Source: an uncultured bacterium
GTDB taxonomy: Bacteria; Acidobacteriota; Thermoanaerobaculia; Multivoradales; JAHZIX01
Assembly (NCBI GenBank): GCA_965368975.1
Contig: CBDUPA010000017.1
Span: 64,001 to 128,000, forward strand
Direction of reading: 5' to 3'
Length of the DNA stretch: 64,000 nt
Each line of letters begins with the position of its first letter. Positions within the stretch are counted from its first letter, which is position 1. A program made the position numbers and the translations under genes. The notes under the pieces were generated by a model. It searched no databases. It worked only from the letters and a program-made list of their open reading frames with translations, and had not been told where the DNA came from. This document shows, in pieces, positions 47,040-56,787 of the stretch.

Positions 47040-50000
47040 ATGAAGGATCGAGGTATCTTGCCGCGTGTTCTGAGCTTCTTCACTCTCGCGATCTTGACCC
47101 TGGCCACGGCTCGACTTGCCGAGAGCCAGGAGCCCAAACCTACCGTGCCGGCCAGCGACTACGGGCGCTGGGAAACGCTCGGGGCGCCGCTTCTCTCACC
47201 CGCGGGTACCGCCGTAGCCTGGGAGGTGCACCGGGTCGACGGTGGGCGGGATCTGCATGTGCGCCGCCTGGGCTTCGACGAAGCGTGGACGGACGAGACC
47301 TGGACGGTCTCTTGGGGTGAAGACGCCGTCTTCTCCGAGCAAGGGCGCTTCGCGGCCTGGCGGGTGACGCCGTCCAAGAGCGAGACGGAAGCGCTGGAAA
47401 AAGAGGGCAAGCCGGTCCGGGACCGGGGGGAGCTTCTCGACCTGACGACTGGCGAGCGCCGCGACCTGGGAGAGGTGGCGGCTTTCGAATTCGATGCTAC
47501 CGGTGGGTACCTGGCCGTGCAGGGCTCTGCGAGCGAGAAGGGCGCATCGATTGATCTGCACGTCTATGACCTCGCGGTCGGCACCAAGGTCGTCTTTGGC
47601 AACGTCGACGCCTTCGTCTGGCACGAGGAGCAAGCGCTGCTCGCGTTCAGCGTGCGCGGTGATGGCGAGCGCGGCAACGCCCTGCAAGTGTGGGTGCCGG
47701 CGTCGGGACGCTTGGTCGCGCTGGCTCACTCGGATTCGAAGTACCGGCAGCTCACCTGGCACGAGAGCGCGGACGATCTGGCCGTGCTGCGCTCGCCGGC
47801 AGCGTCGGAGGACGGTGATGAGAAGGACGAAGACGCCGTCGACACCACGGCTTACGAGCTGCTGGTGTGGCAGGGCGTGGCGGCAGTTGAAGCGCCCCAG
47901 CGGCCGGAGGCCCGCCGTCTGCAGTCTGCCGAGATGCCCGTGATCTTCGATGCCGGTGAGGCGATCTATGCCCCGGCCGCCGAAGCGAACGCCCCGAGCT
48001 ACTATCTGACCGCCGATCGCGAGCTCGGTTGGTCGCCGGACGGGCGGCGTTTGTCGTTGGGACTGCGCGAGCGCACGGCACCCGTGGATGAGGGGTCCGG
48101 CGAGGACGAAGCTGGCGGCGATGACGAGGCCAGCAGCGATGAAGAGGCCGGCAGCGACGAAAAGCAAGCCAAGACAGACCAGGGCGACGACAAGCTGGCC
48201 GGCGTCCAGATCTGGCACAGCGGGGACGTCCGCGTGGTGCCGCGCCAGCAGGTGATGGCCGAGCGCGACCGCGAACGTACGCTGCTCGCCGTCTGGGACC
48301 TCGACACCGACCGCGTCGTACGTGTGAGCCGCGACCTACAGCACGAAGCGGAAGTGCTCGAGAGCTGGACCCACGCCGCCGAGACCGACGAAACACCCTA
48401 CGCCTGGGGCACCATGTTCGGGCGTCCTTACCGCGATGTCTGGATCGTCGACCTGGCCACCGGCTCGCGTCAGCTGAGCTTGGAGAAGGTGCGCTACACC
48501 TGGCCCAGCATCGGCGGTCGCTACGTCCTGTGGTTCGACGGCGCCGACTACTGGACACTGGAAGTGGCCAGCGGCGAGCGCACCTGCATTACCACGGGCG
48601 TTGGCGTCGGTGAGGAGAAAGCACGCTTCGCCGACGTCGATCGCGACCTGCCGAACGATGGCCTGGAACCACCCTTCGGTGTCGGGGGCTGGCTGCAGGA
48701 CGACCAAGCGGTGCTGCTCTACGACGAGTTCGACGTCTGGCGCGTCGCCCCGGATGGCTCGTCGGCCGAGCTTCTGACGGCCCTCGCTGCAGAGACGGCC
48801 CTCGCTGCAGAGACGGTCCTCGCTGCAGAGACGGCCCTCGCTGCAGAGAAGGGTGCTGAAGAGACGATCGTCCACCGCTTGTGGGACCTGGACGAGGACG
48901 AAGACGCCTTCGATCCCGACCACCTCACCTTCCGCCTGCGTCACGAGTGGACCGAGCAGCGCGGCATTGCGCGCTGGACGCCCGAGCAGGGCTACCAGCG
49001 TCTACGGCTGGAGGATGCCAACCTGCGCGACCTGCAGCAGGCCCGACAGGGCGATGGGGCGCAGTTGGAGGAGACCTACCTGGTGCGACGCGAGTCGCGG
49101 ACTCAGCCGCCTCACCTTCTGCTCACCGACGCCGACTTGAACGCCGTGCAGGTCCTGGCCGTGACGAACCCCTTCCTCGACGACTACGCCTGGACGCAGG
49201 CCGAGCTGGTCGAGTATCGCAACGCCGAGGGTGAACGCTTGCACGGTGTTCTGCTGTACCCAGCGAACCACGAGGCCGGCATGCGCTACCCGATGATCGT
49301 CTATGGCTACGAGATCCTGTCGCCGACCCTGCACAGCTGGGAGCCGCCGAGCGAGAAAGACGTCTACAACTTCACGACCTGGACCCAGCGCGGCTACTTC
49401 GTGCTCTTGCCGGATGTCGTCTTCCGAGCTGGGGATCCGGGCGTCAGCCTGGCCGAGACCCTGCGCGCCGCCATCGCCACCGTCGCCGATCGTGGGCTCA
49501 TCGACCCGGCCAAGGTCGGTTTCGTCGGCCACTCCTGGGGTGGCTACAGCGCCGCCTACCTGGGCGCCCGCACCCACCTCTTCGCCGCCACCGTCGCGGG
49601 CGCGCCGCTGACCGACTTCGTCAGTTTCATGGGCCAGATCCACTACGGTCCGGGAATCCCCGAAGTCGACCATTGGGAAACCGGCCAGGCGCGCATGGTG
49701 GTCCCTTACTGGGACGACATGGAAGGCCACGAGCGCAACTCCCCCCTCCACGGCGTGCACGAGATGACCACCCCGATCCTGATGATGCACGGCGACTCCG
49801 ACAGCGTCGTCGAGTTCTTCCAGTCGAGCGTCTTCTACAACTTCGCTCGCCGTGCCGGCAAGCAGATGGTGCTGCTGGTCTACGAAGGCGAGGACCACGG
49901 TCTGCGTCGCGAAGAAAACCAGGTCGACTACCACCGTCGCATCCTGGAGTGGTTCGACCACTACCTGAAGGGAGAACCCGCGCCCGCGTGGATCACCGAG

Positions 50001-50123
50001 GGCGTCGGGTGGTTGGATCACGAAGAGGAGAAGCGCAGGCTGTCGGGGGCTTCCGAGGCGGAGCCGGCTGCTGAGCCGGAGTCGGAAGAAGCGGAGTCAG
50101 ACGCCGTTGACGACGGAAGGTAA
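47040..50123 (+). CDS. Secreted S9 family (prolyl oligopeptidase/acylaminoacyl) peptidase
   Basis: Signal peptide, GHSWGGY nucleophile motif, HGDSDSVV, GEDHGL. Confidence 0.92.
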   Translation: MKDRGILPRVLSFFTLAILTLATARLAESQEPKPTVPASDYGRWETLGAPLLSPAGTAVAWEVHRVDGGRDLHVRRLGFDEAWTDETWTVSWGEDAVFSEQGRFAAWRVTPSKSETEALEKEGKPVRDRGELLDLTTGERRDLGEVAAFEFDATGGYLAVQGSASEKGASIDLHVYDLAVGTKVVFGNVDAFVWHEEQALLAFSVRGDGERGNALQVWVPASGRLVALAHSDSKYRQLTWHESADDLAVLRSPAASEDGDEKDEDAVDTTAYELLVWQGVAAVEAPQRPEARRLQSAEMPVIFDAGEAIYAPAAEANAPSYYLTADRELGWSPDGRRLSLGLRERTAPVDEGSGEDEAGGDDEASSDEEAGSDEKQAKTDQGDDKLAGVQIWHSGDVRVVPRQQVMAERDRERTLLAVWDLDTDRVVRVSRDLQHEAEVLESWTHAAETDETPYAWGTMFGRPYRDVWIVDLATGSRQLSLEKVRYTWPSIGGRYVLWFDGADYWTLEVASGERTCITTGVGVGEEKARFADVDRDLPNDGLEPPFGVGGWLQDDQAVLLYDEFDVWRVAPDGSSAELLTALAAETALAAETVLAAETALAAEKGAEETIVHRLWDLDEDEDAFDPDHLTFRLRHEWTEQRGIARWTPEQGYQRLRLEDANLRDLQQARQGDGAQLEETYLVRRESRTQPPHLLLTDADLNAVQVLAVTNPFLDDYAWTQAELVEYRNAEGERLHGVLLYPANHEAGMRYPMIVYGYEILSPTLHSWEPPSEKDVYNFTTWTQRGYFVLLPDVVFRAGDPGVSLAETLRAAIATVADRGLIDPAKVGFVGHSWGGYSAAYLGARTHLFAATVAGAPLTDFVSFMGQIHYGPGIPEVDHWETGQARMVVPYWDDMEGHERNSPLHGVHEMTTPILMMHGDSDSVVEFFQSSVFYNFARRAGKQMVLLVYEGEDHGLRREENQVDYHRRILEWFDHYLKGEPAPAWITEGVGWLDHEEEKRRLSGASEAEPAAEPESEEAESDAVDDGR
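48777..48848 (+). repeat. 18-bp tandem repeat x4 encoding T(A/V)LAAE inside the S9 peptidase
   Basis: acggccctcgctgcagag x4, one copy with a single substitution. Confidence 0.95.
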
Positions 50124-50132
50124 GTAGGTTTC

Positions 50133-50171
50133 ACCTTGAAAATTGGGAGTGGCTTTCCCAATTTTCAAGGT
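50133..50171. terminator. AT-rich 16-bp perfect stem-loop between convergent genes
   Basis: accttgaaaattggga-gtggctt-tcccaattttcaaggt. Confidence 0.65.
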
Positions 50172-50191
50172 AGAGACGTGCGCACGTCCGT

Positions 50192-50298
50192 GTAGGGCAC
50201 TCCCATGTGGCGGCCCTGCGGCGTAGCCGCATCCGGATCTCCCAACCCCCGCGCCGGCCCAACCCCCGCCCAGGGTAGGCACACGGGCCTACCCCTAC
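50192..50298. repeat. Inverted pair of GTAG-type REP-like elements (REPIN-like)
   Basis: Forward gtagggcactcccatgtggcggccct at 50192. Reverse-strand gtaggggtaggcccgtgtgcctaccc at 50298-50273. Each is GTAG followed by an imperfect hairpin. Confidence 0.65.
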
Positions 50299-50306
50299 CC
50301 TGAGTC

Positions 50307-53300
50307 TCACGGTGATGGGCTGGCTGGGGTCGATGCCGGTTCCGCCCGCCCCCAACGCCGGAACAGCACCGGCACTACGACCAGATTCAAGAACGTCGAT
50401 GTCAGCAAACCGCCCAAAATGACCTCGGCCATCGGGCTCTGGATCTCATTCCCCGCCTCATGACGCGCCAGGATCAGGGGAATCAACGCCAGGCCGGCGG
50501 TGAGGGCGGTCATGAGGATGGGGGCTAGTCGTTCTAGCGAGCCGCGACGGACGGCTTCCTGCAAGGTGCAGCCTTCGTCACGCATCAGGTGCTGGTAATG
50601 CGTGATCAGCAGCACGCCGTTGCGGGCGGCGATGCCGAAGAGGGTGACGAAGCCGACGAGGGTGGCGATGGAGAGGACGCCGCTGCCCAGGCGGACGGCG
50701 GCCAGGCCTCCGATCAAGGCGAGGGGCAGGTTGACCAGGACGATCAGGGTGGAGCGGACGTCGCGGAAGGCGAGGTAGAGCAGGCCGTACATGCCGCCCA
50801 GGATGAGGACGCTGAGGATGGCCAGGGTGCGGACGCTGCGGGCGGCTTCTTCGAACTGGCCGGCGAAGGTGACGCGGTAGCCGTCGGGTAGTTCGACGCG
50901 CTCGGCTACGGTGTCGCGCGCGGTTTCGACGATGCCGGCCAGGTCGGTGCCGGCGACGTTGGCGGTGACCATGTTCAGGCGCTCGCCGTCTTCGCGCCGC
51001 AGCATGCCGGGGCCGAGGTCGACGCGGACGTCGGCGACGGTGTCGAGACGCAGCTGGGTGCCGTCGTCGGTGAGCACCGGCAGGGCGCCGATGCGGCGGC
51101 GGTCGCTGGTGAGGTGGGCGGGGTAGCGGACGGTGATCGGGACGGCGATCTGGCTGTCGATGATCTCGCCGGCGTGGGTGCCCTGGAACGCGGCTTCGAC
51201 GGTGCGCGACAGTAGGGCGGCGTCGAGGCCGTGCAGGGCCAGGGCGGGGCGGTCGAAGTCGAAGACCAGCTGCGGCACGCTGGCCTGTTCCTGGTTCGAC
51301 AGGTCGACGATGCCGTCGACGTCTTCGAGCACTTCTTCGATCTGCCCGGCCAGGCGGCGCAGCTGGCCCGTGTCGGGGCCGTAGATCTTGACCGCCAAGC
51401 TGGTGCGGCTGCCGGAGATCATGTGGTCGATGCGGTGGCTGATCGGCTGGCCGAACTCGACCTCGACGCCCGGCACCACGGCCACGGCGTCGCGCAGGGC
51501 GGCGAGCAGTTCGTCCTTGTCGCGGCCTGCGCGCAGCACGACTTCCAGCTCGGAGCGGTTGATGCCCTGGATGTGTTCGTCGCGCTCGGCGCGACCGGTG
51601 CGCCGGCTGGTCGAGACGACCTCGGGGAAGTCGAGCAGGATGGCTTCGACCTGGGCGCCGAGGGCGTTGCTGTCGTCGAGCGAGATGCCGGGTGGCGCGG
51701 TGACGCCGATGGTCAGCGAACCTTCGTTGAAGGGCGGCAGGAACGAGCGGCCGAGGCCGGGCACCAGGGCGACCGCCGAGATCAACAGCAGCAGGGCCAG
51801 CACGATCACCAGGCGCGTGCGCGGCAGGGCCCAGTCGAGGGTCGGTTCGTAGAGCCGGCGCAGGGAGCGCAGCAGCCAGGGCTCGACGTCGTCCTTGGTC
51901 TCGCTCTGACCCGCCTCGCCGGCTCGGGTGATGCGGCGCAGCAAGACCAGGCACAGGGCGGGCGTGACGGTGACGGCGACCAGGAGCGAGGCCAGCAGGG
52001 CCGAGATGTAGGCCAGGCCGAGCGGACGCAGCAAGCGGCCTTCGACACCGGGTAGGAAGAAGAGCGGCAGCAGCACCAGGATCAGGATCAGGGTGGCGAA
52101 GAGGATGGCGCGGCGGACTTCGCGCGAGGCTTCGAACACGACCTGCAGGGCTGGTCGCTGCTCGGTCGCCGGTTTCAGGCGCTCTCCGCGCAGGCGTCGC
52201 AACACGTTCTCGACGTCGATGATGGCGTCGTCCACCAGCACGCCGATGGCGATCGTCAGGCCGCCGAGGGTCATGGTGTTGAGCGTGCCGCCGGCCGCGG
52301 TGACCGCCAGTACGCCGCCGACCAGGGACAGCGGGATGGCGAGTGCGGAGATCAGCGTGGTGCGCACGTTGCCCAGGAAGAGGAAGAGCACGATCACCAC
52401 CAGCACGGCGCCATCGCGCAGCGCGTGTGAGACGTTGGTGATGGCGGCGTGGATGAAGTCGCTCTGGCGGAAGGTCTCGCTCTCGACGCGGATGGTGTCG
52501 CCCAAGCTGGCTTGCAGGTCGGCGAGGGTGCGGTCGAGCTCGCGCGTGATCTCGAGGGTGTTGGCGCCGAGCTGCTTCTGGACCGACAGCACGACCGCCG
52601 GGTTGCCTGAGAAGGCGGCGGTGCCGCGTCGGGGTACCGGGCCGAGGGCGACGCGGGCGACGTCGCCGATGCGGACCGGGACGCCGCCCCGCACGGCGAC
52701 GATCGCCTGTTCCAGGTCCTCGACGGTGCGCGCGCGTCCTTCACCGCGCACCAGGTATTCGTTGCCCGCCTCGACGTGGAAGCCGGCGGCGGCGCTGCGG
52801 CTGGCGCGCTCAGCGGCGTCGATCACGGCGTCCAGCCCGACGCCGCGCTCGCTCAGGCTCGAGGGGTCGATCTCGATCTGGAACTGCCGCGCCTCGCCGC
52901 CGATCGGCACCACCTGGGAGATGCCGGGGATCGACAGCAGCCGGCGACGCACGGTGACGTCGGCGACGGTGCGCAGGTCGAGGGGCGAGACGACCTCGGA
53001 GGTCAGCGCGACGAAGGTGATCTCGCCCATGATCGAGCTGATCGGACCGAGCTGGGGCGGCGGCACGCTGGCGGGTAGTTCGACGCGGCCGAGGCGCTCG
53101 GCGAGCGTCTGGCGGGCGCGGTAGATGTCGGTGCCGGGGGCGAACTCGGCCCACAGTACGGCGATGCCGGCGCCGGACACCGAGCGCACGCGGTCGAGAT
53201 CCGGTGCGCCGATGACCGCGGCCTCGATCGGCCTGGCCACCAGGGCTTCGACCTCGCCCGGTACCAGGCCCGGCGACTCGGCGATGATGGTGACGGTGGG

Positions 53301-53432
53301 CACGGACAGGTCCGGCAGCACGTCCACCGGCATGCGCGCGGCCCACAGGCCGCCCAGTACCAGGATGAGCGCGGCCAGGCCGAGCAGGAAGCGGCGATGC
53401 TGCAGAGACAGGCGGATCAGGTGGTCGAGCAT
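50307..53432 (-). CDS. Heavy-metal efflux RND permease (CusA/CzcA family)
   Basis: MPVDVLPDL, NTMTLGGLTIAIGVLVDDAIIDVEN, FLPPFNEG, ERLAPILMTAL. Confidence 0.93.
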   Translation of the reverse strand: MLDHLIRLSLQHRRFLLGLAALILVLGGLWAARMPVDVLPDLSVPTVTIIAESPGLVPGEVEALVARPIEAAVIGAPDLDRVRSVSGAGIAVLWAEFAPGTDIYRARQTLAERLGRVELPASVPPPQLGPISSIMGEITFVALTSEVVSPLDLRTVADVTVRRRLLSIPGISQVVPIGGEARQFQIEIDPSSLSERGVGLDAVIDAAERASRSAAAGFHVEAGNEYLVRGEGRARTVEDLEQAIVAVRGGVPVRIGDVARVALGPVPRRGTAAFSGNPAVVLSVQKQLGANTLEITRELDRTLADLQASLGDTIRVESETFRQSDFIHAAITNVSHALRDGAVLVVIVLFLFLGNVRTTLISALAIPLSLVGGVLAVTAAGGTLNTMTLGGLTIAIGVLVDDAIIDVENVLRRLRGERLKPATEQRPALQVVFEASREVRRAILFATLILILVLLPLFFLPGVEGRLLRPLGLAYISALLASLLVAVTVTPALCLVLLRRITRAGEAGQSETKDDVEPWLLRSLRRLYEPTLDWALPRTRLVIVLALLLLISAVALVPGLGRSFLPPFNEGSLTIGVTAPPGISLDDSNALGAQVEAILLDFPEVVSTSRRTGRAERDEHIQGINRSELEVVLRAGRDKDELLAALRDAVAVVPGVEVEFGQPISHRIDHMISGSRTSLAVKIYGPDTGQLRRLAGQIEEVLEDVDGIVDLSNQEQASVPQLVFDFDRPALALHGLDAALLSRTVEAAFQGTHAGEIIDSQIAVPITVRYPAHLTSDRRRIGALPVLTDDGTQLRLDTVADVRVDLGPGMLRREDGERLNMVTANVAGTDLAGIVETARDTVAERVELPDGYRVTFAGQFEEAARSVRTLAILSVLILGGMYGLLYLAFRDVRSTLIVLVNLPLALIGGLAAVRLGSGVLSIATLVGFVTLFGIAARNGVLLITHYQHLMRDEGCTLQEAVRRGSLERLAPILMTALTAGLALIPLILARHEAGNEIQSPMAEVILGGLLTSTFLNLVVVPVLFRRWGRAEPASTPASPSP

Positions 53433-53448
53433 GAGTTCTCCAGGCCGC

Positions 53449-55230
53449 TCAGTGCACGTGTCCGTGACCGCCGCCACCGCTCTCCATCAGCGCGGCGCGT
53501 CGAATGCCGGAGCCCCCCACGGTGACCACGCGTTCGCCCGCGTCGACGCCGGAGATCAGCAGCTGGTTGCCCTGGCGCGCCAGCACCGTCACTTCGCGAC
53601 GTTCGAAGGTCTCGCCGTCGAGTTGCACATAGACCACGTCGACACCCGCGTCGTCGACCAGGGTGGTGCCCGGTACCAGGATGCCCGGTACCAGGATGCC
53701 GAGTGCTGTCGAGTCTTCCGAGTCAGCCGGTAGCAGTACCTCGGCTTCGGCGCGCACGCCGGGGAGCAGTCCCGGCGGCGGCGCGACGATCTCGAAGACG
53801 GCGCCGACGGTGCCGCTGCGCGCGTCGACTTCCGGGTGCAGCGTGACCAGCCGGACCGGGTTGTCGCTGTCGCTCGATGGCGTCAGCTCCAGCGCGCGCT
53901 CGCTACCCGCCGGTCGCAGGAGCAAGCCGTGCTGCTCGCTCGCTTGCTGACTGGTCTGCTGACTGGCCTGCCGCCGCGCCTGCAGCCGCGCGGCGTCCTG
54001 GGGTTGCAGGCGTACCTCCACCCACACCGGGCCGCGCGCCACCAGGCGTGCCAGCGTCGTGCCGGCGGCGACGGTCTCACCGGGCGACACTTGGACACTG
54101 GCGACGCGGGCGTCGAAGGGGGCGCGCAGCACCACGCCAGCGCTCCCGGTGCCGCCGCGCCGGGCCGCTTGCTCGGCGCGCAGGTCCTTCTGCCGCGCTT
54201 GCAGCTCGGCTTCTAGCGTCACTACGCGCGTGCGGGCTTCGTCGACTTCACGCTCGCTGACGGCTTCCAGTTCGAGCAACTGTTCGAGGCGGCCGAGCTG
54301 GGCCCTGGCCGTCTCGAGCTGGGCGCTCAGGCCGGTGATCTCACCTTCCAGAGCGGCGGGCGTCTTGGCGTCGGTGCGCCGGGGCACGAGGGCGAAGAGC
54401 ACTTGTCGACGGTCGACCTCGGCGCCGGTGTACGGCCAGCTGTGGCTTCGACCGGGCAAGCTCAGGGCACCGTCGACCGGTGCCGTCAGCACCACCTCGC
54501 CGCCGGCTGGAGGCATCACCCGCGCCGGTCCGTGGATGCTGTCGGCCAGCGTCCCAGGCTGTGCCCAGGCGGTGGCGAAGGCGGTTTGCCACTGCTGCTC
54601 CTTCAGGAAGGAGGCGTCGTCCGTGCCTTCAGGGGCGAAGGGCGTGCTGACCAGGGTTCCCGGTGCGTCCTCGCTGCCGACGGTCACTCGGCCCGCGTCG
54701 ATCAGTTCTTCGCCCGGTTCGGCGGTGACGCGGAAGAACAGCTGGTAGGCGCCCTGGGTGCGCGGCGCGAGGTCGATGTCGAAGATGCCCGCCCGCAGCG
54801 CCTGAGTCTGCGTGAACGTCGGGGCCGACGGTCCTGGCTCGATCGCTCCCACGGGCGCAAGAATCGCCTCGACGCGCCCTTCCAGGAGCGGCGCGAAGCT
54901 ATCGAGGATGGTCACGTGGGTGTGGGAGCGTGAAGTGTCACCGGCGACCAACGGATCGGCCTCGGCAAAGATCTCGTACCGCTCGCCGAAGGCCGTGACG
55001 GCCCAGCTGTCACCGTCGCCGTGGTCATGGTCGCCTTCCTCATGACTGTGCTCATCATCGTCATGCCCATCCTCAGCAGGACTGTGCCCGTGATCGTCGG
55101 TCTCCTCACCGTGGTGGTGGTCGTCCTCACCATGCTCGTGGTCGTGCTGGCCGCAAGCCGGTAGCAGGAGCAGGATCGTAGCGAAGAGGAGCGAGCAGAA
55201 CTGTCGAGCCAGCGCGTGTTGGTGCGTCAT
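53449..55230 (-). CDS. RND periplasmic adaptor (membrane fusion) lipoprotein with His/Asp-rich N-terminus
   Basis: LLLLPAC lipobox, HDHEHGEDDHHHG... tract, FLKEQQW, C-terminal GERVVTVG...GHGHVH. Confidence 0.88.
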   Translation of the reverse strand: MTHQHALARQFCSLLFATILLLLPACGQHDHEHGEDDHHHGEETDDHGHSPAEDGHDDDEHSHEEGDHDHGDGDSWAVTAFGERYEIFAEADPLVAGDTSRSHTHVTILDSFAPLLEGRVEAILAPVGAIEPGPSAPTFTQTQALRAGIFDIDLAPRTQGAYQLFFRVTAEPGEELIDAGRVTVGSEDAPGTLVSTPFAPEGTDDASFLKEQQWQTAFATAWAQPGTLADSIHGPARVMPPAGGEVVLTAPVDGALSLPGRSHSWPYTGAEVDRRQVLFALVPRRTDAKTPAALEGEITGLSAQLETARAQLGRLEQLLELEAVSEREVDEARTRVVTLEAELQARQKDLRAEQAARRGGTGSAGVVLRAPFDARVASVQVSPGETVAAGTTLARLVARGPVWVEVRLQPQDAARLQARRQASQQTSQQASEQHGLLLRPAGSERALELTPSSDSDNPVRLVTLHPEVDARSGTVGAVFEIVAPPPGLLPGVRAEAEVLLPADSEDSTALGILVPGILVPGTTLVDDAGVDVVYVQLDGETFERREVTVLARQGNQLLISGVDAGERVVTVGGSGIRRAALMESGGGGHGHVH

Positions 55231-55289
55231 GGCCCAAAGGATAGACGGAACCAGCGGTAAATCAAGCCCGTCTCGCGATGCACCAATGG

Positions 55290-56168
55290 CTACCGGCGCT
55301 CTCTGGCGAGCGGTCGCGTCAGGCAGGTCGGGCCGCCGCCACCGTGGACGCAGATCTCCGCGCCCTCGAACGTGTGCACCTCGGCTCCCGCCGCTTCCAG
55401 CCGCCGCCGCGTCACCGGGTTGCCGGCCGGCAGCACGCACACGCGTGGTGCCATCGCCAGGCAGTTGCAGCCCTGGGATTCGAACTCTTCATCCGGCACC
55501 TCCACCAGGCCGATGCCGCGCGCCAGCAGCGCTTCGCGGAAGGGGATGGGCATCAATGGCGAGTAGACCAGCGCCAGGTCCGGCGCGATGGGGCTGTAGA
55601 TCGACATCAGGTGGAAGACGTCCGCCGGCCCTTTCCAATGCGGCAGCGGCACCACCACGAGCTCGTCGATCGAGTCGCCCAGCAACTCGCGTAGTTGGCG
55701 GATGCCTTCGTCGTTGGTGCGGTAGCCGCGTCCCACCGCCAATGTGCGCTCATCGATCCAGGCGACGTCACCGCCTTCCAGGCGACCCTCGCCGGAGATG
55801 GCGCCGAGGATCGGCACGCCGAGGGCTTCCAGGGCTCGACCGTGCAACTCCGGTTCGTCACGACGCGCGTCCTTGCCCATCGAGCACAGGATCACGCCGC
55901 GCTCGCAGACGATGGCGGCGTCGCGAGCGTAGAGGGCGTCCAGGGTGAGGTCGGCATCCGGAGGCAGCCAGTGGATTTCAGCGCCCAGGTCTTGCAGCAA
56001 TGCCGCGAAGCGCTCGTACTCGTCGACGGCGCGCGTGAAGTCGGGGGCGGCCAGGTAGTTCAGTTCCCGCCACTGGCGGTCGATCTGCGCTTGGTCGACG
56101 AAGGCGTCGCGCACGTGGCGCAGCGCCACCGCGTGCAGCCGGCCGGTGTCGCTCTGCAGGGTGTGCAT
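55290..56168 (-). CDS. Amidinotransferase / dimethylarginine dimethylaminohydrolase / arginine deiminase-family (pentein) enzyme
   Basis: YARDAA, LEGGD, GYRTN, FHLMS, GGGGPTCLT (catalytic Cys). Confidence 0.85.
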   Translation of the reverse strand: MHTLQSDTGRLHAVALRHVRDAFVDQAQIDRQWRELNYLAAPDFTRAVDEYERFAALLQDLGAEIHWLPPDADLTLDALYARDAAIVCERGVILCSMGKDARRDEPELHGRALEALGVPILGAISGEGRLEGGDVAWIDERTLAVGRGYRTNDEGIRQLRELLGDSIDELVVVPLPHWKGPADVFHLMSIYSPIAPDLALVYSPLMPIPFREALLARGIGLVEVPDEEFESQGCNCLAMAPRVCVLPAGNPVTRRRLEAAGAEVHTFEGAEICVHGGGGPTCLTRPLARERR

Positions 56169-56172
56169 CGTG

Positions 56173-56751
56173 TCAGCTCGCCTTCGACGCGTCGCCCAGC
56201 AGCAGGATCTCGCACGGTTCGGCGCCGTCGTTGCGGTACTCGGTGGTGGTCTGCGGGCCGTAGGTGATGGTGTCGCCGGCGTGGAGCAGGTGCGTCTCGC
56301 CACCGCGCTGGCCGCCGCGCTGTAAGGTCAGGGTTCCCGACAGCACCGTCACCAGCTCGACGACGCCTGGGCGGTTGGCGTCGAGCTCGCCGGAACTCTG
56401 GCCCGGCGGCAGCGAGTACCAGGCGATCTCGAGGTGGTTGCCGAGCAGCTCCGGCGCCAGGCCATAACGCACGACGCCCGAGTCGGGATCGATCAAGCGG
56501 CGGCGCTCGTCGGCGCGGACGACGCTGACCGACCGGATCGGTGCTTCCTCCAGCAGGTCGGTGAGCGTGCAGCCGAGGGCGCGTGCGATCTGGTAGGCGA
56601 GCTTGACCGTCGGGTTCTTCACCGCGCGCTCGACTTCCGACAGCATCGTCGCGCTGACGCCGCTGGACTGGGCGAGGGCGTCGAGGCTCAAGCCCAGCGC
56701 CTGGCGGCGGCGGCGGATGTTGGGGCCGATGTCTCCTGCGGGGTCTGCCAT
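56173..56751 (-). CDS. XRE-family HTH regulator with cupin domain
   Basis: IRRRRQALGLSLDALAQSSGVSATMLSEVER...NPT HTH, then a cupin ELVTVLSG...LHAGD. Confidence 0.9.
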   Translation of the reverse strand: MADPAGDIGPNIRRRRQALGLSLDALAQSSGVSATMLSEVERAVKNPTVKLAYQIARALGCTLTDLLEEAPIRSVSVVRADERRRLIDPDSGVVRYGLAPELLGNHLEIAWYSLPPGQSSGELDANRPGVVELVTVLSGTLTLQRGGQRGGETHLLHAGDTITYGPQTTTEYRNDGAEPCEILLLGDASKAS

Positions 56752-56787
56752 CAGGCTGTCTTCTCCTGCGCGTCGGTCTCCTCTGGG

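Noticed and set aside
55020-55147. His-rich tract as a separate repeat element or small peptide gene
   Set aside because: It is the in-frame N-terminal metal-binding linker of the RND adaptor.
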